DNA of 64,000 bases from Flectonema sp. DT1601. Its lineage: Eukaryota. The notes under the pieces were generated by a model that worked only from the letters and a program-made list of their open reading frames with translations, was not told the DNA's origin and made no database searches. Below, one piece after another: positions 47,001-58,433 of the stretch. The stretch lies in the NCBI GenBank assembly GCA_964019425.1, contig OZ025797.1, positions 558,001 to 622,000 of the forward strand, in the 5' to 3' direction. Both the position numbers and the translations under genes were made by a program. Every line of letters begins with the position of its first letter. The first letter of the stretch is position 1.

Positions 47001-48291
47001 TTCAGATTGGCAAGAACAAGCACAACAGGAGGCGCTACAGGGGCTGAACGTACCACCCCGTCCTCACAGGGAAGACCTCTAGACAGCAAGGTCTAATGCT
47101 AATCTGCCGTCTGCATCCAAGGATTGGTCCTCTGTCTATCTTGTACAGAAAGAAGCACAGCTTCGGGCCGAATTTCGAAAGCTGAGCACATGAGATGCTC
47201 AAGAGAAGGCCAGTAGCCTAAACATCGGACAAGGGGGAATTAACACGCCGGGTCTCGTGTAGCATATTATTAAGGTTCAAATCAGGTCGATAAAAATAAA
47301 AATTGGGTTCCCTTTTCATCCCCCACTCAACTCGGAGGGAAACCCTGGTTATGGATTGCTCAATGCACGGAATTACTTGTAATTTTTGTGAGCCCTCCTA
47401 ACACACCCCCTGTTTTCACCCCCCTCAGGTACCACACGGTCCACACTTTTTGAGATTTTTCAAAGACTTGTTCTAAAGTGCCGAAGAACTGTTTCTTTGG
47501 ATCGCAATCCCCATTTTTGGGGTATATGTTGCAGTTTTCATAATTTGGGTGCACAAAAAACTTGTTCTCCGGAAAAAAACCGAAAGTGCCCAAAATCTCC
47601 GTAAAATCGATGCTTGTACCCCCCCCCTACCCCAGACGAATAAGAAGCTAAGAATATTTTTATTTCTCACACCAATCCAATACTAAATAACAAAAACATA
47701 CATCAAACACGGATCAAGTGAAGTGTTCTTTGGCTGTACACCAGTACTGGGGAGTAGGTTAGCATCGAATCCGGGAGTCCAGCCAGGCTTTCTTTTGAAA
47801 TGAGTTCTGCAGTATTGACACATGGCAGTACGGTCTGGAGGTACAAAAATCCACGACATGTGGTGACGGTTAGCACGCTCACTTCCTCCAGTTTGAGTTT
47901 TAAGTGGAGTAAAGTAAGTATTATTAGACGATCCTGAACCAAAACAGGTCACAGTCGTTGCCTCAACTTCGATTGCAGAGTCTGGAGTCTGTCTGCCAGC
48001 CCAGGCCATGTCGGGATTACTTTGAGCACCCGATTCTCTAAAAATAGATCGAGTTGATGTTGTGAAATGACCGAGTCCTCCCGATGGTTTACTAACTCTG
48101 AAGTTGTTACTCATCTCTCTTCTTGTATAATATTCTTCATCAAAATGTGAATCTGACTTACCACCCCAAACTGGGTTCCAAAAATTCCAGGCAGCGGTCT
48201 CATTGTACCTAGTAGTCCCCATCCCATCAACATTTACAGCGAGTTCTTTCGGTTTTTCAGCTAACCGAACCCCGCATCGCCGCAGGGCCAT
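44091..48291 (-). CDS. Mitochondrial zf-CHCC protein (NDUFS6/COX5B-like zinc-binding subunit); exon 1 48291-47702, predicted exon 2 44136-44091
   Basis: MALRR presequence-like start; VTCFG...H..WIFV...CQYCRTHF. GTATGT donor at 47701 and CAG acceptor at 44139-44137 join in frame to give MGNRDGKAVPGAVKI*. Confidence 0.6.
44175..45655 (-). mobile_element. Head-to-tail array of a 499-bp non-coding element (44175-44674, 44675-45173, internally deleted copy 45410-45655); putative non-autonomous Penelope-like element
   Basis: Near-identical direct repeats with a 499 bp period. Motifs are shared co-linearly with both ends of the PLE at 58.4-63.6 kb. Confidence 0.7.
45654..47627. mobile_element. ~2 kb non-autonomous TIR DNA transposon with G-run termini and a probable TA target duplication
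   Basis: Ends G10TACAAGC...GCTTGTAC9; ~40 bp inverted subterminal match between 45812-45850 and 47421-47460; TA at 44173-44174 and 47628-47629; no intact transposase. Confidence 0.75.
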
Positions 48292-49899
48292 ATTCTTATT
48301 ACTGCTTTGAGCTAACTGAGAAAGACTTATTAACAAACAAAATAAATTGCAGAACTATCCGTTATTTCATAGAACACTTTCGTGTCCTAGCTGGTTATTT
48401 AATATGAAAACAAAACGTACAACGTAACTGTTCTGAAGGTGTAAGACAATCAGTTTGATAAAACAACAAAAGTAAGAATCATAAAACTATTCTTTCCCCA
48501 ATCCCCAATGAAATCCTGGAAAGTCTGAAGTACAAATATCGGAAGGATCGATGTCAATATTCCTTCCTAAGTATTGAAGTAAAAATATCTGTTTGAGGAT
48601 AGCTTCTTGTGAGACTTTATTCCATTCTGTTATTTCTGTTTTCAAGATGTCAGTTCTCAAGATGATTTCATTGAGAGATAAACACCCAACATGTACAAAT
48701 AACAGAGAAGGAGACACTTCGCTCAGTAATGCCTTTCTCGTCAGGCTTTCCTCCCTTTTTATATGTTGCATCTCATTCTTGAGGGGGATAAGATAAGTGA
48801 ACTAATCCTAACTCACGAGTGTATTGTAGTCGGAGCCGATCACTAGTAAAAGTAATGAATTCCCTTATTAAGAAACAGCCTGTTCTTTAAGAACGAATAT
48901 TGTTGAAGGACCTGTTTGCTCAAAAATAATATTTTTTTTTACGACACCTTCGACAATACACATCTGTTGGGTGAACTACTATAATTTTTATAACTCGTTT
49001 CCTTAGAAGGTTTGATCTTCATTAGTGGTATCTCAACTAATTCTAATTTATTAAATACATACCTCTCGATTACAGAAGTCATTCAGATTTGTGACTTCTG
49101 ATGTTATCGAATCACTTGCTGTAATTCAGTGATGTCATCAGATTTCTCCTCAAACTTGAAATCCGATAGCTGCAGGATGCACTCCTCGTCTTGTGTGGCT
49201 CTCAAGAGGTTTACTCTACCTGTTGACTTCACTTCATATATGTACCATTTTGAGTGCTGTCATTCAGGCTTGCTAGCACGGTGAGATGACGAGGCACTGG
49301 AACCTGTTGACTTCACTTCATTCTTAAGCCGCCTGTCTACTCTGTTACGTAGTCGAAGTCTTCACATTCACATCTCTGACAACAAACTGACAAAGAGAAT
49401 GTTTATTATGAACGAAGTCAGTAAATCTAAAACAAGAACTTCAATATGAATACCTCCGATGCAGTGCAATGATAATAATTGTCTACTTTTGGGATAGCTC
49501 ACACGCAGTCCACGAAGTCTACAGATTTGTTCAGCCCGAAGCTCAGTCAGACTCTTGGAATGTGGCTGTGACTGTGACTGGTATGATTCACTTCAGTAAT
49601 GTTACTACAAATACCAAAACTCGTACGATGTACCAGCACACACGATAGAGGGATAACTTAATGATATGATCAATACAAACATGTTTGATCAATTCTTGTA
49701 GACATCCTTCCAATTAGCACCCAAAACCTAAAATGATTCATTCTGTAATAGTAAGGCTGTTCAATGTCATTGTGATTACGCCTCCCACTCTTTGACAAGT
49801 GCGGTTTATGAGTTTGTATTTATTTTGAAATGGTTTTCCCTTATCTTAAGAAGGGTGTCGCCTTCCCTAACGTCAAGTTTTTTAATCAAGTGAGGGTTA

Positions 49900-51576
49900 C
49901 TATGCTTTGTTCCATGAGAAGAATCCTTTTTCATCTTTTGATGGAGGAGTTGCATTCAATATAATATCACCATCAAGATCAGAGTAGATGACACCAGACT
50001 CTGTTTCAGTATCACAACCATCTTCAGTAGGTTGTGTTGTTTGTACTTCAGACTCAATGAAATCGACGTGAACATTGTAGCCGGCGCCAATACGTTGCTG
50101 TTCGTGTTCTAATGCAAGTTTAGAGACAACAGTTCTTTCGATTTCATGAGCTAAAGAGCGAGCACCATATCGAACATTGTAACCACCTTTGAGATATCTA
50201 ATTAAGTCTTTTGACCAAGTTAGAGTCATGTTGTGTTGTTTAGTCGCCTTCTCTTTCCAAAATGTTAATTCTTTGTCGATCAAACTTTCAATCTCCTGAT
50301 CAGTAAACGGAAGAAAGAAAACCGTTTCATTAATACGACCGAGGAACTCATCTCTTTTAAATGCTCGTTTTAGAATTGGTTGAACAGTTTGGTCTCTAAA
50401 CTTACGAGAGATTAATGATCTGTTGGAGGTTATTTGATTTTGTTGTTGGGCTGCGGATGCTCGGAGGCGGATAGCTTCATCAGCGATTTGTGTTTGAGCA
50501 AGATTAGAAGTCATAATAAAGATAGCATCACTACAGTCAACAGTTGTTCCTTGTCCATCAGTTATTCTACCATCATCAAATACTTGAAGAAGGATTGTTA
50601 ACACATCCGGATGAGCCTTCTCTACTTCATCCAACAGTACGATTGATTTCGGATGGTCAGTTAATTTCTTAGTTAGTTGTCCACCTTGTTCATGACCAAC
50701 ATATCCAGGTGGTGATCCAATAAACTTAGAGACTTCATGAGAATGTTGATATTCACTCATATCAATTCTTATAAAAGTAGTGTTGTCACGATCCTCGAGA
50801 TACTTTGACACTTGTTTACCTAATTCAGTTTTTCCTATCCCAGAAGAACCCAAAAATAAAAACACCAAAGGCTTTGATGTATCACACCATCCGTTCTCCT
50901 TTCTCCGTATCGCAGAACCGACGGCATGAATTGGTCCCAACTGACCAACGATTTTCTTCTTTAAATGTTCTTCAACAGGATATATGCGTCGCTGTTCTTT
51001 TAACTTTATTTGATAAGCATCTTGTGAATCATTTACCTTTGACATTATCTCTTCTAACATGTTAGGGTCACGTTCATAAAGATGTTGAACGAGTGTTTCT
51101 GGAGTGGCGATGGCGCCTGTTTCGCGAGTGATATCGGCACCTGCGGAGATGATATCGCAGGCAATGTTTATGTTCTGACTTAGTATTGCGAAATGTAATG
51201 CTGTGAACCCCTTCACAGTAGACACGGAGTTTACAGGGAAATTATGGAACAGATTCGGGTGGGGCTTCTTACCGCTGGCTTCAACGTTCACAGATGCGCC
51301 ACTCTCTAAGAGAATAGTAACAGCTTGTCTATTACCTGACCAGGCTGCAATCATTAATGGTGTCCATCCCAGTGGGTGTTTGGTATTGGGATCGATGTCT
51401 GTTCCGATCTTCTTTGCAATGAGATCGTCTTGCTGAACTCCACGTTGGGCACACCACTTCCACAGTGCAATACTAGAACGGTCTTCAGCTCTAACAATCT
51501 GTTCTCCTCCTACCCCCACTGCGAAACCAACACCAATACCTGCAAGCAGTCGTGCTGACCGCACTCTCCAACTCAT
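49900..51576 (-). CDS. CLPB: Skd3/CLPB-type mitochondrial ankyrin-AAA+ disaggregase
   Basis: Ankyrin repeats HPLGWTPLMIAA and GFTALHFA fused to a single ClpB-D2 AAA+ domain: AIRRKENGW, FLFLGSSGIGKTEL, DEVEKAHPDV, FKRDEFLGRINE, YGARS. Confidence 0.9.
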   Translation of the reverse strand: MSWRVRSARLLAGIGVGFAVGVGGEQIVRAEDRSSIALWKWCAQRGVQQDDLIAKKIGTDIDPNTKHPLGWTPLMIAAWSGNRQAVTILLESGASVNVEASGKKPHPNLFHNFPVNSVSTVKGFTALHFAILSQNINIACDIISAGADITRETGAIATPETLVQHLYERDPNMLEEIMSKVNDSQDAYQIKLKEQRRIYPVEEHLKKKIVGQLGPIHAVGSAIRRKENGWCDTSKPLVFLFLGSSGIGKTELGKQVSKYLEDRDNTTFIRIDMSEYQHSHEVSKFIGSPPGYVGHEQGGQLTKKLTDHPKSIVLLDEVEKAHPDVLTILLQVFDDGRITDGQGTTVDCSDAIFIMTSNLAQTQIADEAIRLRASAAQQQNQITSNRSLISRKFRDQTVQPILKRAFKRDEFLGRINETVFFLPFTDQEIESLIDKELTFWKEKATKQHNMTLTWSKDLIRYLKGGYNVRYGARSLAHEIERTVVSKLALEHEQQRIGAGYNVHVDFIESEVQTTQPTEDGCDTETESGVIYSDLDGDIILNATPPSKDEKGFFSWNKA

Positions 51577-52782
51577 TTTATTATTTCTGAGCGAAGGACT
51601 TAAAGTTTTAATTTACGTTAATGAAATCAAAAAAAAATTATTTGAACTGCTGTTCTCTTGATAGACAATTTCGATGAATAACAACAACTTTACGTGCTCA
51701 ACTAGCAGTGTAAACAATACGCGCGATAAGCTTCACTTCCAAACAGCAAACACACAAAATAATTACATCAAAAGGTAGATTGCAACCGTCGACACCCCGA
51801 AACTATCTTCGTCGACCTGTTCAACATCAGGTCCGACCAGTGGGAAAAGTCAGGTCAGCTACTTGTTTTTGTTTCAAGTTTCGGGAAAGAACAGAAAAGA
51901 GGGGGAAATAAAAATACCCATTTCATGGGAAGCAGGTAAACGCTGTCCAAGTTCTGTAGTAAAATCGAAGATCAGTTTTGTTTACCTACCAAACCTGATA
52001 AGAAGCTCACGGAGCAAACATACCAACTGTACCAGAGATGAGATCTGTGTAGTAATTGTCAGTTTGTATTAGTCACATCCAATCGGTAAAACAACTCCGC
52101 ACACATCCAAAGGTCTCGCCGTTAGAATGTGATGTGATTTTTTTTTTTTTTTTTTTCGAAGAAAAGCAGTTCGCAACAAACATCTCCGCAAAAACAAGGA
52201 AAGAGAATACTGACCTACCTCTCCAATTGACTGAATTACTATCTAACTGAGCTGGACTGGTGAGTAAAACAACTGCTGTGGTACCAATGGACACACCGAA
52301 GAGTGATAACTCCTCAGGACCTCCCAGGTCAGCCGTCTAATTATTTCATCAGTTTCCGTAAGAAAGATGACGTTGGAGCGAAACAATAAAAGTTGGAGCA
52401 AATTCAAAAGAATATTTTCCATTTTAATAAAATAAAAAAAAAAACGAAACTAACACGCGAGGGCATCAGAAACGTTCGGTTTGTTTGTTCATCATTTCCC
52501 TCTTTAAAAGCACAACAAGTTGCCTGGGATCGTTTTTTTATTACTTTGAGAAGCCATCAAGCTCCAAGGGGGAAAGCACAGGCGGAGTACAATACACATC
52601 TGCAAAAGTATAAGATAGAATGTGAGTTTATTATAAAAAAGTGCACTAAAATAAAATATAAAAAAGAAAAGTTATAAAAACACATTGTTAAAAGTATAAG
52701 ATAGCTAAAGAGTAATAAGGGTAGTTACAAAGTGTTATAAAATTATTATTGTGAGTATTCCTAAGTTAGAAACACTCACACC

Positions 52783-54180
52783 TCACAACCTGGAAGTGAC
52801 GTTGCCGTATTCCTTTTTATCTGTGACATTCCTGGTGACGTATTTCTGTACCCAGGGATGTTGCTTCTCAAGTTCTTTCCATTCGTCACCGTGTTTATTA
52901 ATCGGTTGAACAGCTGATTTTGTTTGCCAAAATAGAAAACGTGTTTTTGGATTTAAAGCCAACTCATCGAGCATTACTGCAGCAGACTTACTTGTGAAGG
53001 TGCTGCACAGCCACAGAGGTTGAGGAGGTTCATCTGAGTCAGAATGAAGAGTTGAATTCGATAAAATATTTTCTTTTGCTGCCCGGCTGTGAGAAGAGTG
53101 AGCACCGTACTTTGGACTTCCGTATCGGCTACCACTGTAAGGAGTTATTTTCAGGAGGTTCGAATCATTGACAATTTGAATGGCTCGCTGTTGGACGGCC
53201 AGTGGGATGGCACCGCAATTGATGAGAATCTGAGAAGCGTCTTTCACCAGCTGCTGTACAAACTTCCTGACAACACCAAGAAACTTCTGAGCCGTTGCGA
53301 ACCCATGATGGATAACTACAGCGTGAATGACAACGGGATTTCCAATCGTCAGGTGCTCAGCAAGAGCTGCACCCAAAACCATTCCAGCAGTCGTACATCC
53401 CGAGCCCAGAGGAAGGATGATGACATCGACTGGTTCCGCGTCTCCCTTTTTCACCTGCTCAACAAATTCTAAAAACCCTCCGACATTACCCAGCACTCCA
53501 ACAGGATTAGCACCTCCTGGAAACAAGACTGACGAACTGTCAACTTTCTTATTAATATTCCACAAAGTTGAAAGTTTATTTTTAGCAAATAAAGGAAGAA
53601 TAGTATTAGAAGGGAAGGATATAAATGATAAAATATTCAAAGCGTTGTCCCTGTCATTCGCTTCTTTTTCAACATAAATCCCAGTCACGTTTTCCGATGT
53701 GTGAATTGAGGTGGCGAGGATTTGGTTGCTGCCTGGAGCACCAAATGTGCTGATTTCTTTATTTTTTTGTTCTGGTCCAGGTAATAAGAATTCCAAAGAA
53801 CGGATTTTGTTCCCTCCGTAAGTTTCGTTGCTGAGGTCTTCTCTTTTAACTTGAATTTTAATTTCATTATCGTCTTGTGATAAGTGAAGTTTATGAACAG
53901 GAGTTGGATAATTACCGAGTTTCTTCCAACCAATACTTCCTCTGATCTCGGGTAAGAATCTCGCTAAGACGCAACCATCGTAAGACATGTTGTTACACAA
54001 GGTGGCGGGACTAACTCCATGTTTATAAACTCTGAAGAAGGTTCGAATGGCAACAAATATCGTAGTCGCGACACCACCTCCAATCACTGTAAGTACAGCG
54101 ACCAGAAGGTTTGGACTGTACTTCCACAGACATACTCCACACACTACTACAGTTATTGCTTTTATTAATCTAATTATCAT
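52783..54180 (-). CDS. PLP-dependent D-cysteine desulfhydrase / ACC deaminase family protein with an N-terminal membrane anchor
   Basis: PTPVH, KREDLS..YGGNKIRSLEFL, PGGANPVG and GSGCTTAG motifs. Likely ATG at 54180. Confidence 0.82.
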   Translation of the reverse strand: MIIRLIKAITVVVCGVCLWKYSPNLLVAVLTVIGGGVATTIFVAIRTFFRVYKHGVSPATLCNNMSYDGCVLARFLPEIRGSIGWKKLGNYPTPVHKLHLSQDDNEIKIQVKREDLSNETYGGNKIRSLEFLLPGPEQKNKEISTFGAPGSNQILATSIHTSENVTGIYVEKEANDRDNALNILSFISFPSNTILPLFAKNKLSTLWNINKKVDSSSVLFPGGANPVGVLGNVGGFLEFVEQVKKGDAEPVDVIILPLGSGCTTAGMVLGAALAEHLTIGNPVVIHAVVIHHGFATAQKFLGVVRKFVQQLVKDASQILINCGAIPLAVQQRAIQIVNDSNLLKITPYSGSRYGSPKYGAHSSHSRAAKENILSNSTLHSDSDEPPQPLWLCSTFTSKSAAVMLDELALNPKTRFLFWQTKSAVQPINKHGDEWKELEKQHPWVQKYVTRNVTDKKEYGNVTSRL

Positions 54181-54640
54181 TTTATTTATATTTCTGAAAA
54201 TAAAATAAAAAGGCGACCTTCCCCACAAGACCAGCCACTCACTAACACACTACAAGAGGCTGGAAAGTGTCATAAGTCATGGTTTGAATATCTTTGATAT
54301 ATAAATTAAATAATTTGATATTTACTCCAACTCCGAATCCCTTCACAAAATAATGATTCGTAACAAGTAAGTGATTGCAGCAGTGAATACAACTCCTTTT
54401 GATGTTTTTTCTTTGTTTTTTTTTGTTTTTTTGTTTTTTTTTCTTTTTTTTATAACGGGGCAAGAACCTCAAACAAAACAATGGGGTGATGGACAGGAAA
54501 AAAGGAGCCATAAAAGGTAAGAAAAAATATTGTGTTCACATTACAGAAGAGCATTTACTCTCCACTCGGAGAGGAGCTGATTGTAAATAAAACACCAACA
54601 AAAAATAATTATAAAGTTGTCTCATTAGCGAATGACACAA

Positions 54641-56962
54641 CTAATCGAGGTCTCGATCGTGCATAGCAGAAGACCCAACAGCGTCATCAATCTTCGCATA
54701 TTCAATAACAAGATGTCTAGAGTAGATATGAGTGTTGGACAGCTTCTGTCTGGCATTTGCTGCCTCTTGAGCGCTCGTAAATTCAACGAAAGCGAATCCT
54801 CGATGAGGACGTTTTGCAGCTCCAGTGCCAGAAGCACCAATTGCTTTACGAGGAAGACGAACAGACTTAACCTGACTGAACGCAGAGAACAAGTTAGCAA
54901 TGTCTTTTCTAGTTGCTTCAAAGGGAACGTTTTTAATTGTGAGTTTGAGTGGATTGCAACCTTCAGGGCAGTCAGTTGAAACTGTTTTCTTATTTTGTTT
55001 GCTATCTTTAGCGAACTCTACAGACAGGTGTCGCTGCATCAAAACCTTACCCTGAAGCTGTGTCATCGCCTTAGCCGCCGTCTTGTGGTTTTTAAGTTGA
55101 ACGAATGCGTAACCCTTCGTCTTCCTCTCTGTGTCTAAAGGTAAGCTGATGGATTTAATGTGAGAATCCTTATCAACACAAGACTGGAGAAGTCTTTCAA
55201 GGTCTACCTGAGAGATATTAAAAGCGATGTTAGTGATGTATAAAGTCTTCTTATCTTCGTCAAATATATCTGTCGAGGATTCGGTTGTTGGATTCTCAGC
55301 TTTAGTTCTGTTTGTCTCTTCTCTCTTCTTGTCGCGAATCTTTTCATCGACGTCCTTCAATGCTCCAACAGGAGCCCACTCAAGGAATAAAGGAACTTTA
55401 TTAAATAATCGAAATGCGAGTTTTCGGAATGCAACTTTCGCTTCCTGAGCCGTCAAGTAACTAACCAGAGCGATGGTAGTATCCGGAGGGGCGACTACCC
55501 GTTCGACTGCTCCGAATCCGTCAAACAATGCAGTAACGTCTCTTATGTTTGTGTTCTTAGGGATGTTCTTAACTAATATTATTCTATCTGATCGTTGCTT
55601 TACTCTACTAGAGTCTGTTAAGGCAGAGAGGTCGAGACCTTCTTCACTAAATATTTCTTTTACTTCACTTGTTAAGTGTGCCTCACCCATTGCAAGACGA
55701 GTAGCAATATTCTCAGCATTTACATCAACAAGCTCACTCTTATCAACTTTCAGTCTTTTTGAGAGAGCGGCAGCGACGGTATCTCCCGACATGAACACAC
55801 TGTTCCAAGAGCCTTCATTACCTCTCTCAGCCTTTTGTTTTAATTCTTTCATTCGCTTGTACGAACTCTTTGCGCTTGACGTGTCTTCCGATTCGAAAGG
55901 GTTTGCCTTACCAGCCTGAATGACTAACATACGACCTTGAAAAAATGATCCTGCTAAATCTTCATAAGCTTTAACAGCATGTTCAGGAAGACTAAATTGA
56001 ATAAACCCAACACCCTTTGATTGTTTACTATCACGAGTTAGTGGAATGTGAGCCTCAACAATCGGTCCAATTCTTTCAAAAAACTTTCTGAGTTCCTCTT
56101 CTGTTGTAGAATACGGTAAGTTTGATACGAACAACCGACCGCTTTCTGAGATGATCTCTTCGTTGTCTTCGTCTTCAAGTTTTTGAAGAGCGGGGATGTC
56201 ATTAATTTGAATAGTTGATTTCCTTGTTGTTGTTTTCTTATTTATGTCTTCCTTTAATCTTTTTGACGGTGATGATCCCGGAGAAGGTGGAGGGGGGTCT
56301 TTACTTTTTTGTTTCGATTTAAAGAAATCCATGTCAGACATGGTCTGTAGTTTTTGCTGACGATCTCTCTCATCGTCGGAATCGAGAGAAAGCGCTTCAG
56401 ACTTTGTGGGTGAGGGAGGAGGCGATTCAGAATCAGATTCCTGGTTAATAATATCACCCGGTCCTTCCATGTCGTTTTCCCAAATACGTCGGCTGGAACC
56501 TTTTCCTATTTCCATAAACGCTTTGATGGAGTCTTCTTTATTTTTATTCTTCAATCTGTTTTTCTTTTCCATCTCAGCTACTTCCTTGTCATGCTCTGCC
56601 TTTCGAGCTGCAATCGCAGCCTGTTCTTCAGCTTGTTTTTGATTACGCTTTTCTTCTAACTTCTTCTTAGTGTGTTTACTCCAGGCCTTTTTATTCGCTT
56701 CTTCATCACCGTACCGGACGGCAAATTCAACGGTGAGTCGTGCGGTTCCTAAGAAAGCTTTGTTAAGTTTTTTTACTGCCGCCTCCGCTTGTTCGGATGT
56801 CTTGTATCCCAGGAATGCCATCCTCGGGCGACCACTTCCCTGACTTTTGATGACCGCACAATCCGTAACTTCACCGCATCCTCCGAAAAGTTCCTTTAAT
56901 CTTTTTATATCAACCTTACTAGGTAGGCCAACCACTCGAACTCGAGTGGTTTCCTCTGCCAT
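54641..56962 (-). CDS. MRD1: Multiple-RRM ribosome biogenesis protein Mrd1/RBM19
   Basis: Five RRMs; ESGRLFVSNLPY, WNSVFM, RLAMGE, PLFLEWAP, KNVPFEAT and HRGFAFVEF match the Mrd1 architecture. Confidence 0.9.
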   Translation of the reverse strand: MAEETTRVRVVGLPSKVDIKRLKELFGGCGEVTDCAVIKSQGSGRPRMAFLGYKTSEQAEAAVKKLNKAFLGTARLTVEFAVRYGDEEANKKAWSKHTKKKLEEKRNQKQAEEQAAIAARKAEHDKEVAEMEKKNRLKNKNKEDSIKAFMEIGKGSSRRIWENDMEGPGDIINQESDSESPPPSPTKSEALSLDSDDERDRQQKLQTMSDMDFFKSKQKSKDPPPPSPGSSPSKRLKEDINKKTTTRKSTIQINDIPALQKLEDEDNEEIISESGRLFVSNLPYSTTEEELRKFFERIGPIVEAHIPLTRDSKQSKGVGFIQFSLPEHAVKAYEDLAGSFFQGRMLVIQAGKANPFESEDTSSAKSSYKRMKELKQKAERGNEGSWNSVFMSGDTVAAALSKRLKVDKSELVDVNAENIATRLAMGEAHLTSEVKEIFSEEGLDLSALTDSSRVKQRSDRIILVKNIPKNTNIRDVTALFDGFGAVERVVAPPDTTIALVSYLTAQEAKVAFRKLAFRLFNKVPLFLEWAPVGALKDVDEKIRDKKREETNRTKAENPTTESSTDIFDEDKKTLYITNIAFNISQVDLERLLQSCVDKDSHIKSISLPLDTERKTKGYAFVQLKNHKTAAKAMTQLQGKVLMQRHLSVEFAKDSKQNKKTVSTDCPEGCNPLKLTIKNVPFEATRKDIANLFSAFSQVKSVRLPRKAIGASGTGAAKRPHRGFAFVEFTSAQEAANARQKLSNTHIYSRHLVIEYAKIDDAVGSSAMHDRDLD

Positions 56963-58433
56963 GTTCTTGTGTTGGCTGGTGGGGAATTGTTTTCAAATAA
57001 TTATCAAAAGATCTGTACATCACGAAGTAAGAAGGAAGAATAATAAAAAACATCCATTCACATGTTTGCTAACAGAAAGCTTGCAGTGAAGAATTGATAG
57101 TTTATGATTCGTCATCAGATGACAAACAGAACAAACAAGTATCGATTTCTTGTTTGTTCTGTTTGCCGAAGAGACGGCAACAGAAGTCTAAAGGGAAGGA
57201 AGGTTCGCACTGCTCAGCAGGAAACCCAAGATATACGTCAAGAGTATTTTTGACCAAAAGAAAACATCTAAGAGTCGAAAGAACAGCTGTAGTGACTAAC
57301 CAGTTTTAAGAAGAGAACTTCAACATGGAAGGTACTCTCTGATATTAATCACGTGTTAAATCAGAAAGTAATGATGTCAGCTAAGGACGCAGCAGACTAA
57401 ATGATAAAGGACAAGAATAACGTAGAAAAGGTAAATAAGAAAGATATGAGGACATGTCAAAAGTCTGGTGTGGGATCTCACTTTACTCGTGATCTTTGTT
57501 TACAAAAAGAAATCCTGCATTTTTTGCTTGTGTTACAACAGACTTGTTGAGGTTCATTATCATGTAGAAGAGTTTAAGAGACAGAATGCAGTCTATTCAG
57601 AAAACACTTCTGACACGGAGATTATAACACTTGATTATAAGGTTCCCTACCACAAGAGTCATGATCACAGTACAGTTGTCTGGGTATAACTATGCATTTC
57701 AAGTTGCACAATGGACTCAACAGCAATTGACTTTCTCCTGCCGCATACAAATCAACTCAAAGCTGATGGAACTCTTCCGAGAGTTACTCAGAACTCTTGC
57801 GATCAGAATGTGATACGTCCAAAGGAAACGCAAAAAGTGTAGAACGTGGTGCTAAAAACTAATAATAATCATCACGTTAAAAGTATTATTTTACCGATAA
57901 TTCCATTTATTTTTATAATGAAAGATTAGAATACAGATTTAGGGGATGATACTTTTAGCAAGGCTGCATATGTTACGTTTGAGTTTCTCTGTAGCCACAA
58001 GCAAGTTCTCCGTAAGCCCAAGCAAAAAATGCAGGATTGTGATGCGTAACTTAGCCTTTTAAAGTAACTATTGGCCCGGGGGGAAGACTGTTTGATTAGG
58101 TGCATACGAATATAAATCTCTGTATTGTATCAGAACTCAATAATAAAATTAAAAAACTCATGACTTGCTAGTTCGTAGCACACTACGTAGCACTCACCTT
58201 AAATAAATTAAGGTAGTAATGTCCAAAATAAGTTGGAATAATATGAGAGGATTACGTAGTTCAACATTAAATGTTGGGGCATCAACAGGTTTAGAGTGAG
58301 AGAATTTTAATGGCAAAGTCCAGAGTGGGGAGGTTTTACCTAAATAATACCATCTTCTGTGTCCTTCTAAGTTCTATGCGAGAACTACAAGAGATCTTTG
58401 ACATGTTCTCATATTGAAAAGAGAGGGGGGGCC

